DNA of 64,000 nucleotides from an uncultured Coriobacteriaceae bacterium. Its GTDB lineage: Bacteria > Actinomycetota > Coriobacteriia > Coriobacteriales > UMGS124. A program made the position numbers and the translations under genes. Below, piece after piece: positions 27,716-35,210 of the stretch. The DNA lies in assembly GCA_900539345.1 (NCBI GenBank), contig UQBS01000002.1, positions 15,723-79,722 on the forward strand, in the 5' to 3' direction. The stretch's first letter is position 1. Each line of letters starts with the position of its first letter. The notes beneath the pieces are model-generated. The model had not been told where the DNA came from, made no database searches, and saw only the letters and a program-made list of their open reading frames with translations.

Positions 27716-28600
27716 ATGCCGCTTGTTTTTGACCACGTGACCTATCACTACGATACCGAGGTCGTGGGACCTGCCCTCGACGACGTGTCGCTTACCGTAA
27801 ACGACGGCGAGTTCGTCGCCTTCATCGGACACACGGGTTCGGGCAAGTCTACGCTGGCGGAGCACTGCAACGCCACCAAGCTGCCCTCATCGGGCACCGT
27901 GACGATGGACGGTCTCTCTACGGCCGACCGCAAGGCTCGCCGTGAGGTGCGCCGCCTGGTGGGCTTCGTCGCCCAGTACCCCGAGTACCAGCTCTTTGCC
28001 GAGACCGTGCGCGAGGACGTGGGCTTTGGCCCGCGCAACCTGGGCATGAACGAGGCCGAGGTGGATGAGGCCGTGCGCGGCGCCATCGCACTTGTGGGTC
28101 TGGATTACGACGCTGTGGCGGAGAAGTCGCCCTTCGACCTGTCGGGCGGTCAGAAGCGCCGCGTGGCGCTTGCCGGCATCATCGCCATGCACCCCAAGGT
28201 ACTCGTGCTTGACGAGCCCATGGTGGGCCTGGACCCCCGCGGCCGTCGCGAGGTGTTCGACATCGTGCGCTCCCTGCACAAGAGCGGCACCACGATCGTC
28301 ATGGTCTCGCACTCCATGGAAGACGTCGCCGAGGCGGCCCAGCGCATCGTGGTGCTCGATCACGGTCGCATCGTCGACGAAGGGGCGCCTGAGGTGGTCT
28401 TCTCCCATTCGGACCTGCTCCATCGCGTGGGCCTCGACGTGCCCCTGCCGGCGCGTGTTGCCAACGACCTGGGCAAGCGCGGCCTCGAGCTGGGATGCGA
28501 GCCCCTCACGCTCGACGCTCTCGCTGATGCCATTGCAGCTCGCCTGGGTGGCAAGGCCGCCGATGCGCAAGCCCGCAGCGTGAAGGGCGGTGAGCGCTAA
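27716..28600 (+). CDS. ecfA2: energy-coupling factor transporter ATPase (EcfA2)
   Basis: Walker A GHTGSGKST, signature LSGGQKRRV, Walker B LVLDEP. Confidence 0.9.
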   Translation: MPLVFDHVTYHYDTEVVGPALDDVSLTVNDGEFVAFIGHTGSGKSTLAEHCNATKLPSSGTVTMDGLSTADRKARREVRRLVGFVAQYPEYQLFAETVREDVGFGPRNLGMNEAEVDEAVRGAIALVGLDYDAVAEKSPFDLSGGQKRRVALAGIIAMHPKVLVLDEPMVGLDPRGRREVFDIVRSLHKSGTTIVMVSHSMEDVAEAAQRIVVLDHGRIVDEGAPEVVFSHSDLLHRVGLDVPLPARVANDLGKRGLELGCEPLTLDALADAIAARLGGKAADAQARSVKGGER

Positions 28601-29400
28601 TGAGTTCGTCCATTACCGTGGGTTCGTTCTACAACGTCAAGTCGCCCTTGCATGCGCTCGACCCGCGCGTAAAGATGGCCATCATGGTCGTCTTCATGGT
28701 GAGCGTGTTCTTGGCGCCGGCGCCTTGGGGCCTCATCCCTGTTGCCGTGATGCTCGTGCTTGCGACGGTCCTTTCCTGCGTGCCCCTGCGCATCGTTGGC
28801 AAGGCAATTAAGCCGCTGTGGTTCTTTGTCGTTTTCACGGCGCTGGTCAACATCTTCCTTGTGCGCGAGGGCAACGTGGTGGCGCACTTCCTGGGGTTCT
28901 CCATCACCGACCATGCGCTCGTCCAAAGCGTCTACATGGCGTTTCGCGTGTTTGCGCTCATGATGGCCGGCACCATTTTCTCGCTGGTGACTTCACCTAT
29001 CTCGATTACCGACGGTGCCGAGCGCCTGCTTGCGCCTCTTGCGCGTTTTGGGCTGCCCGTCCACGAGCTTGCCATGATGTACACCATCGCCATTCGTTTC
29101 ATGCCCACGCTTTTCGACGAGGTCCAGCACATCATGGCTGCGCAGGCTTCGCGCGGCGCCCGCTTTGATGAGGGCCGTCTTATCGACCGTGTCCGCTTCT
29201 TTGTTCCCATTCTGGTGCCGCTCTTTGCAAGTGCCCTGCGGCATGCCGAGGAACTTGCAAGTGCCATGGAGGCTCGCTGCTACGTGGGTGGCGAGGGCCG
29301 CACGCACTACCATGTGCTTGAGGTCCGCAAGGGCGACTGGGTGGCAATCGCCGTCGCCATTTTCTACCTTGCGAGTCTGGTGGTGCTGGCGTTTGTCTAA
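28600..29400 (+). CDS. ecfT: energy-coupling factor transporter transmembrane protein EcfT
   Basis: CbiQ/EcfT family: LHALDPR.K, and the coupling-helix Ala-Arg-Gly motifs (QASRGARF, ASAMEARC). Start overlaps the ecfA2 stop. Confidence 0.9.
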   Translation: MSSSITVGSFYNVKSPLHALDPRVKMAIMVVFMVSVFLAPAPWGLIPVAVMLVLATVLSCVPLRIVGKAIKPLWFFVVFTALVNIFLVREGNVVAHFLGFSITDHALVQSVYMAFRVFALMMAGTIFSLVTSPISITDGAERLLAPLARFGLPVHELAMMYTIAIRFMPTLFDEVQHIMAAQASRGARFDEGRLIDRVRFFVPILVPLFASALRHAEELASAMEARCYVGGEGRTHYHVLEVRKGDWVAIAVAIFYLASLVVLAFV

Positions 29401-29434
29401 CGCCTGCTTTTGTTCGAGGAGAGGGGAGCAGCCG

Positions 29435-29908
29435 ATGTCTGAGGCTGACCTTGCAGGCAGGCCCGTTGTGCGCTTGATGCGTGCTGATGACTATGACCAG
29501 GTCCACGCCCTGTGGGAGCATATTCACGGTTTTGCCCTGCGCTCGCTCGATGATTCGCGCGCCTATGTCGAGCGATTCTTGGAGCGCAACCCTCAAACGA
29601 GCTGTGTGGCCGAGCTTGACGGGCGCATTGTAGGATCCATCCTGTGCGGCCATGATGGCAGGCAGGGGAGCTTCTACCACGTGTGCGTTGCCCCTGAGTG
29701 CCGCAAACATGGTTTGGGCAAGCAGATGGTGCGCTTTTGCTTGCAGGCCTTGGCTGATGAACACATCAGCAAGGCGACGCTTGTGGCCTTCGACGACAAC
29801 GAGGTGGGCAACAAGTTCTGGAACGGCATTGGTTGGACAGCGCGCAAGGATTTCAACTCCTACGAGTTTGCCCTCAATGCGGAGAACATCACGCGCTATG
29901 TGCAGTAG
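29435..29908 (+). CDS. GNAT family N-acetyltransferase
   Basis: 157 aa with the acetyl-CoA binding motif V.PE.R..GLG..M. Start at the ATG at 29435 after GGAGAGGGGAG. Confidence 0.8.
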   Translation: MSEADLAGRPVVRLMRADDYDQVHALWEHIHGFALRSLDDSRAYVERFLERNPQTSCVAELDGRIVGSILCGHDGRQGSFYHVCVAPECRKHGLGKQMVRFCLQALADEHISKATLVAFDDNEVGNKFWNGIGWTARKDFNSYEFALNAENITRYVQ

Positions 29909-29952
29909 TGCCTGGTAGGCTCCGCAAAATAAAGAGTCGCCAGTTGTATCTG

Positions 29953-29988
29953 GAAGGCAGCCGGGAAAATCCGGGTGCCTTCTTTTTT
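29953..29988 (+). terminator. intrinsic terminator after the GNAT gene
   Basis: Stem GAAGGCAGCCGG/CCGGGTGCCTTC (one mismatch) followed by T6. Confidence 0.75.
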
Positions 29989-30069
29989 GGGTAATAATCC
30001 TACTAATAAAGTAGGATTGTGGAGAGAGAATGAAGAGTTTACCTTGGTGAAGAAAAGTGTCGATGTGTG

Positions 30070-30098
30070 TTGACTAGAAGTTAACCAAGGTATATTGT
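30070..30098 (+). promoter_or_regulatory. candidate sigma-70-like promoter facing the family B repeat array
   Basis: TTGACT (30070-30075) with TATATT at a 15-nt spacer or TATTGT at a 17-nt spacer. Lies in an AT-rich island between two convergent, terminated genes. Confidence 0.45.
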
Positions 30099-30146
30099 TT
30101 GCAGCGTCGAAAGGAGCAAACAAGGAGCTCCCAAGACATCCGCTTC

Positions 30147-30446
30147 GTCTCCCTCTCCTTGCCTCCCGGCTTTCCCAGCCGGGAGGCGTCCCAGAGAGAT
30201 GATGGCAAGCGACCTGGTCAGCCTCCCTCTCCTTGGCCCTGCGACCCTCCCCGGTCGCAGGGCCGTCCCAAAAGAGATTCTGACCATGCGTACCGAGTGT
30301 GCCTCCCTCTCCTTGGGAGCCCGCATCCCCATGTGGGCTCCCGTCCCATTGCCTCCCTCTCCTTGGGAGCCTGCACTCCCATGCAGGCTCCCGTCCCATT
30401 GCCTCCCTCTCCTTGGGCCCCGGTCGCATGGCTGGGGCCCGTCCCT
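30147..30446. repeat. family B array: five modules of [G(C/T)CTCCCTCTCCTTG] + [10-11-bp variable hairpin] + [CGTCCC]
   Basis: Modules start at 30147, 30221, 30301, 30351 and 30401. The last three are exactly 50 nt apart. Hairpin arms differ between units but stay complementary. Four of five loops contain TCCC. Confidence 0.9.
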
Positions 30447-30545
30447 GTTTGGGGGACAAAAAAGACCCCGCCGGCGTGAAGTTTGGCGAGGTCTCGTGGT
30501 TGTGGTTCTGTTCTGTCGCGTGTGAGGGCGGCTTCAGGCTTCGCT

Positions 30546-31652
30546 TTAGAGCAGCTTGCCTCCGTCGAGGTTCCTAAAGGTGCGAATCGCCCAGCGCCTG
30601 CGCTTTGTGTTAGGCGGGAACACGGCGTTCACAAGGGGCATGCCCACCTTGAATGCAAAGAAGACGACGAGGCGATGGCGCAGGTCTGCCAGGTTGTGGT
30701 GGGAGTCCTCGAGCATCTGTGCGAGCTTCTTGCGGTAGGGGCAGCGGCGGGCGTATTGCCACCAGGCTTCGGCGAAGTCCACTTTGGGATAGAGCCAGGG
30801 GCGGTTGTCGGGGCCCGCGTAGTGCACGATCTTTGGGGCACGACGGGCCTGTGCGTATGCGCCGCGCATCTCTGGGGGCGCGCAAGGAATGATGTGGCCG
30901 CAGCGCAGTCCCTGCCAGTCGAACAGGGTGTTCCATGCCATGTCGAGCCGTACGAAGTCGCCGCTTGCAAGGTAGTTGAGAACGTCCTGGTCGAGCCACT
31001 GCCAATGGCGCACGGTGGCCAGGGCGATGCATTTGCCGGTGGGGGCGCTGCGGCGGAACTCCGCCAGGTTGAGCACGAGCACGCCTGCCTGGAAGTAGGT
31101 ATACGGGTCCTCGAGACCTACGTCGTTCTTGAGATAGTCGTAAATGGCCTCGTCGTAGCCGCCTGCCATGCCGGCGGTGTCGGCATCGAGCGTGGCTGCA
31201 AGGAGATAGCCATTGAGGTCCACGTCGTAGAGCTTGGCGATGTCGTCGAGCACCACGAGGTCGCAGTCGATATAGGCAGCCTTGTCCACGCCGGGCAGAA
31301 GCTCGGGGGCGAGCAGGCGGTAATACGTCTCACAGGCAAAGTGGCCGTGGCAGGGGAGCGTGGCGTTTCCTGCAGCGGCCATGGCATCAAGGAAGCCCAC
31401 GCGTACGTTGGGTTTGCATGAGGCCTGCCAATGCAGGAGTTCCATGTTTGCGGGGGAGATGTCGCTTGTGAGCACAATGATGTCGTACTCACGCTGCGGG
31501 TCGGAGTTCTCAAGTATCGACTGCAGCGTGACCGACATGTACGGCACGAACTTCTCGTTGCAAGCGAGGAGCACGACCACATCGTTCATGGGTTGGCCGA
31601 GCTCGGCGGCATTCTTGCACAGGCCGATCGGCTGATTCGTCAAGGCATCCAT
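30546..31652 (-). CDS. glycosyltransferase family 8 (retaining, LPS glucosyl/galactosyltransferase-like)
   Basis: GT8 pattern: N-terminal VVLLACNEKFVPYMSVTLQSILENS, DxD (IDCDLVV), later HYAG..KPW. Start is uncertain (GTG 31709, ATG 31652 or ATG 31589); the 31709 extension is built from repeat-derived sequence. Confidence 0.8.
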   Translation of the reverse strand: MDALTNQPIGLCKNAAELGQPMNDVVVLLACNEKFVPYMSVTLQSILENSDPQREYDIIVLTSDISPANMELLHWQASCKPNVRVGFLDAMAAAGNATLPCHGHFACETYYRLLAPELLPGVDKAAYIDCDLVVLDDIAKLYDVDLNGYLLAATLDADTAGMAGGYDEAIYDYLKNDVGLEDPYTYFQAGVLVLNLAEFRRSAPTGKCIALATVRHWQWLDQDVLNYLASGDFVRLDMAWNTLFDWQGLRCGHIIPCAPPEMRGAYAQARRAPKIVHYAGPDNRPWLYPKVDFAEAWWQYARRCPYRKKLAQMLEDSHHNLADLRHRLVVFFAFKVGMPLVNAVFPPNTKRRRWAIRTFRNLDGGKLL

Positions 31653-31739
31653 AGGGGAATTGTACACGCCCACTGCACATTTCGCCAAGAGAACCCGCCT
31701 TCTGACCACAAACCCACTCCACCGGTCCTACGAGAACAC

Positions 31740-32232
31740 GACAGGCGAGGCCCCGCCCCACTAAAACGCGGGTTCTGATGCACAAGGCGCACGGGGCCGC
31801 TGTGCGCCTTGCGGGCCCTTGGCCTACTAGACGTACACCAAAGGTGCGCACCGCGCGTGAGGTCCCGCGGAACGCGGCGCATCAGGTTCCGCCCTTTAAA
31901 ACGCAGGTTCTGATGCGCAAGGCGCCGGGAGGCGATGTGTACTAGATGTACACCAAAGGTGCGCACCGCGCGTGAGCCTCCCGGCACGGAGTGCCCTTCG
32001 CGACGAGTCCCGTGGAGAACGCAGCGCATCAGGTTCCGCCCTTTAAAACGCAGGTTCTCACGCGCAAGGCGCACGAAGCCGATGTGTACTTGGAGTACAT
32101 GAGGCTTCGTGGAACGCGGCGCATCAGGTTCCGCCCGTACAAACGCGGGTTCTCGTCCGCAAGGCGCACGGGGCCGATGCGTACTAGATGTACGTGAGGT
32201 CCCGTGGAACGCGGCGGACGAGGTTCCGCAAC
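31740..32232. repeat. family A nested-hairpin repeat array, locus 2 (about 4.5 tandem units)
   Basis: Units are AAAACGC(R)GGTTCTGATGCGCAAGGCGC-[8 nt]-GATGYGTAC...GTACRTGA-[complementary 8 nt]-GGAACGCGGCGCATCAGGTTCCGCC. It fills the whole gap between the transglutaminase-like gene and the GT8 gene. Confidence 0.9.
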
Positions 32233-32235
32233 TCG

Positions 32236-33741
32236 TTAGCTGGCGCGGTAGCCGGTATCGAGGGTGTAGGAGAGTGAAGTCGCCGGCAGCAACCAGCCGT
32301 TGGACGAAAGCGAGGCGTCGATGAGGCACTGCCTGCCGTCGAGGCTCGTGAGGAACACAAGGCCGTGGTCGCCCCAGTTGCCGCTCTGGCGCAGCACCAG
32401 GCAGGGTTCGGCGATGGCGTCGGCGTAGCCGTAGTAGCGCATGATGTACTGGATGGCCGCCGCGAACTCGTAGCAGTTGGCCGTCATGTTGGTGAAGCAC
32501 TGCTTGGCGTAGGTGATGCGCCAGTCGCCCTCAACGTCCCAAGGACGCTGGTTCTGGTCGTTCTCGACGTAGTCAATCCATGAGATGTGCAGGTAGGTGT
32601 AGTAAGCGTTGTCACCGGCATCCAGGCCGTCCTGCGCCTGGCTGTCGCAGTAGTTCTTCACCAGCTGGTCGAGCTCGGCGTCGCCCGTGGTGAAGTAGCC
32701 GGTGGGCGACCAGGGGTCCTCGACGCCGCCCGAGTTGTAGGCTGCGTCCTTGTTGAAAGACGTGGTCGAGTAGCTCCACACGTCTCCCTGGGCGATGGTC
32801 GAGACATCATCCACGTCGTGGGGAGTCTGGTCGTGCGAGTCGGTTGCGGTCTGCTGTGTGGCAGACGTCGCATCGGTCGTGCCGGTGTCGGTGCTCGTGC
32901 CTGCAGCAGGAGTGTCGCTCGGTGTCGCGCCGGCGCTTGTGCCTGCGGACGTGGTGTCAGTCGTTGAGGAGGTGGCAGGGGCGCTGTCCTGCGAGCTTTC
33001 TGCTTGCACGTAGCCCTTATTGGCATTGCCGGCCACGCAACTGCCCACGAGGGCAATGATGACAAGCAGGGCCACGGCACCTACGGCTGCTACCGGGTAG
33101 ATGGGGTTTGACTGCATGAGCTCGACCATGCGCGCGAGTGGTTCAGGCAGCGCGGGGATCGCGGCTGATGCATCATGGGCTGCATGGGTGGCGACATACT
33201 CCTGGCTCGAGTGCGTGCGGGCGGTGCCATGCGCGTCTTGCGCGTATCGGGTGCCTTCGCGCTGTGATTGGCTGGAATGGTCGTCTGTAGCATACGCAGA
33301 ACGATAGCTGCCCTGACCATAGTCGTCGTAACGGGTGTCACGGCGGGCTTCATGGCCCTCTTGGGCATACCCGCCGCGCCAAGAGGCATCGCCTTGGTCA
33401 TATCCGGTTTGCTGGGCGTAATACGGCTGCTGGGCGTAGCGTGCGCTCGAGCTGGCTCGGTCCGTGCCGTACTCATGGCTCGTGGCACGCGCGCTGTAGC
33501 CGCCCTCGGCATACCTTGCATGGCTGTCGTCGGCATACTGGCGCTGCGTCTTGGGGCGACCAGACGGATAGCAGTCCTGCGTGTTGGGACTGTCGTAACG
33601 CTGGACACGAGGCTGCGTCGCTTCGCTGCGGTCATACCCGGCGCTATATGAATGGCCATAGTCGCGCGAGGAGGTGCGCCCGCCCTGTGTAGGGGAGGCG
33701 TGGCGGTTGGTGTTATCGCTGCGGTAACGCTCGTCTGCCAT
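32236..33741 (-). CDS. membrane-anchored protein with disordered cytoplasmic N-terminus and extracellular transglutaminase-like (Cys-His-Asp) domain
   Basis: N-terminal ~200 aa rich in Y/S/R/Q/D, a single TM (IYPVAAVGAVALLVIIALVGSCVAG), a Thr/Ser/Ala linker, and a C-terminal domain with candidate catalytic residues in NCYEFAAA, GDHGLVF and CLIDAS. Confidence 0.6.
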   Translation of the reverse strand: MADERYRSDNTNRHASPTQGGRTSSRDYGHSYSAGYDRSEATQPRVQRYDSPNTQDCYPSGRPKTQRQYADDSHARYAEGGYSARATSHEYGTDRASSSARYAQQPYYAQQTGYDQGDASWRGGYAQEGHEARRDTRYDDYGQGSYRSAYATDDHSSQSQREGTRYAQDAHGTARTHSSQEYVATHAAHDASAAIPALPEPLARMVELMQSNPIYPVAAVGAVALLVIIALVGSCVAGNANKGYVQAESSQDSAPATSSTTDTTSAGTSAGATPSDTPAAGTSTDTGTTDATSATQQTATDSHDQTPHDVDDVSTIAQGDVWSYSTTSFNKDAAYNSGGVEDPWSPTGYFTTGDAELDQLVKNYCDSQAQDGLDAGDNAYYTYLHISWIDYVENDQNQRPWDVEGDWRITYAKQCFTNMTANCYEFAAAIQYIMRYYGYADAIAEPCLVLRQSGNWGDHGLVFLTSLDGRQCLIDASLSSNGWLLPATSLSYTLDTGYRAS

Positions 33742-33757
33742 GAGGGCGGGTCACATC

Positions 33758-33922
33758 CTAGAACTGGTTGTAGATGAAGTCGGCACTGCCGCCGAAATCG
33801 GAGAAGGCTGAGAAGAGGAAGATGCCGAAAACAATGGCGCAAAAAGCGAGGGCCACCGCGATGCACGCAATGCCGTTGTGCTCGGCAAACCAGGTGCGTC
33901 CCGTCTCCTTGACCTTTGCCAT
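33758..33922 (-). CDS. dltX: DltX-like small membrane protein (D-alanylation accessory protein)
   Basis: 54 aa with one TM and an exact C-terminus ...GGSADFIYNQF-stop. This resembles the conserved C-terminal FxYxxF-type hexapeptide of DltX as I recall it (FIYNEF in Firmicutes). Lies 58 nt downstream of dltD. Confidence 0.6.
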   Translation of the reverse strand: MAKVKETGRTWFAEHNGIACIAVALAFCAIVFGIFLFSAFSDFGGSADFIYNQF

Positions 33923-33980
33923 GGTGAGGGGCTGCTTAGGCTCCTTCTCCTTGAAATGCTGGCCAGATTGCGTCGCCACG

Positions 33981-35177
33981 TTACTCGCCCTCCCCGTTTG
34001 CAAACTCATAGATGGCCTGGTTGAGGTCGACCCAACCCGTCCAGCCAAAGTGCACGATGTCGTAGAGCCAGTACGTCTCATACTCGCGGTCGGAGAAATC
34101 GCACACCTGGGCGCCCGCTTCCTCGCAAATCTGGCGCACGTGGCTGTAGCAGTTCTCACGCGTCTGCGCATCTATGCCGAGCAGGTCGTAATACGGGCCC
34201 ATCTCCGGGCAGATGACGACCATGACATCGATGCCGCACTCGTTTGCTACCTGCAGGAACGCTGCGAGGTCATCGTATTCAGGGGTGTCTGAGTACGTCT
34301 CGTTGGCACGGGAGCCCGCGGCTGCGTCGAGCACGGGGGCGAGTGCCTTGGAGTAGAAGCCGTCCTCAACGCCCCAGTCGTTGTTGGTCGAGCGGGTCTT
34401 GGCGTACTCAAGCGCCTCAGCGCGCATGGCGTCCCAATCGGGCGCCTGCTCGGCCTGGCCGTCGACGCGCTCGATGCCGCGGGCGCGCACGTCCTGCAGA
34501 TCGCGGCGCAGCGACAAGTCGTCGAACGCGGAGAACACGATGCGGTTGAGGCCGTCTTGCGGCAGCGACCCCGAGGCGGAGTCGAGCTTGGTCTCGTCGA
34601 TGCCCAGCTCGCCCAGACGCTGGCGTACATAGGCCTTGGTCTCGTCGCTGATGGCGTCGTTGTCGCAGAATGCCTGGTAAAGCGAGTAAGAGAAGCGTGT
34701 CTGGAACGTCGAGGCATCTTCGCCGCCGTCAACGAACCAGCCGGGGCTCACGATGAGCGCGCACTTCTGACGCGGCAGGCCCTCTTTTTGGGCAAGGGCG
34801 CCCAGGGCGATGGTCTGCCAAAGGCTCTGGTCGTACGCCTCGCCCACGAGCATGAGGTCGAGTCCGTAGTTCGTGGTTCCAAAGACCTGCGAGGCCACTT
34901 GAGGCACGATGCTAGACGGTGTGGAGAACTCCGAGGAGCCGAAGACGACAAGCGAGCGGTCGGTCATGCTGGCGCGCATAAAGTCGACGCTAGAAGATTT
35001 GGCCCCCGAGTACACGTAGCCGTAGTTGGCGTCCGCACTGGAGTCACCTTGTGCAGGCCAAGCGGTGAAGACGCATGCTGCGCCAACACCTGCCAGGGCC
35101 ACGCCGGCGCAGGCTGCAGCCAGGCGCAGACGCACCTGGCGGGGGTTCATGGGAGTTGGCTTCTTCGCGCGTGCCAC
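33981..35177 (-). CDS. dltD: D-alanyl-lipoteichoic acid biosynthesis protein DltD
   Basis: N-terminal TM anchor and an SGNH-like DltD pattern (VFGSSEF, later D..HFGW.GW). Position is after dltC. Confidence 0.8.
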   Translation of the reverse strand: MARAKKPTPMNPRQVRLRLAAACAGVALAGVGAACVFTAWPAQGDSSADANYGYVYSGAKSSSVDFMRASMTDRSLVVFGSSEFSTPSSIVPQVASQVFGTTNYGLDLMLVGEAYDQSLWQTIALGALAQKEGLPRQKCALIVSPGWFVDGGEDASTFQTRFSYSLYQAFCDNDAISDETKAYVRQRLGELGIDETKLDSASGSLPQDGLNRIVFSAFDDLSLRRDLQDVRARGIERVDGQAEQAPDWDAMRAEALEYAKTRSTNNDWGVEDGFYSKALAPVLDAAAGSRANETYSDTPEYDDLAAFLQVANECGIDVMVVICPEMGPYYDLLGIDAQTRENCYSHVRQICEEAGAQVCDFSDREYETYWLYDIVHFGWTGWVDLNQAIYEFANGEGE

Positions 35178-35210
35178 GTCGTGCCTTTCGAATGTGCCGA
35201 GGGCTTGGTC

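Noticed and set aside
30147-30446. Family B array considered as a CRISPR array
   Set aside because: - The conserved part is only ~15 nt plus 6 nt.
- The 'spacers' are self-complementary hairpins of similar design rather than unique protospacer-like sequences.
- Unit spacing is irregular for the first two units.
- No cas genes are nearby.
29896-30479. ORFs running through array B (187 aa on the minus strand, 126/108/92 aa on the plus strand)
   Set aside because: The translations are periodic artefacts of the repeat (for example LPPSPWEPA...). There is no credible start context, and all frames are open because of the composition.
31640-32500. 286-aa minus-strand ORF and small plus-strand ORFs across the family A array
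   Set aside because: The reading frames are generated by tandem repeats and overlap the 3' end of the transglutaminase-like gene in another frame.
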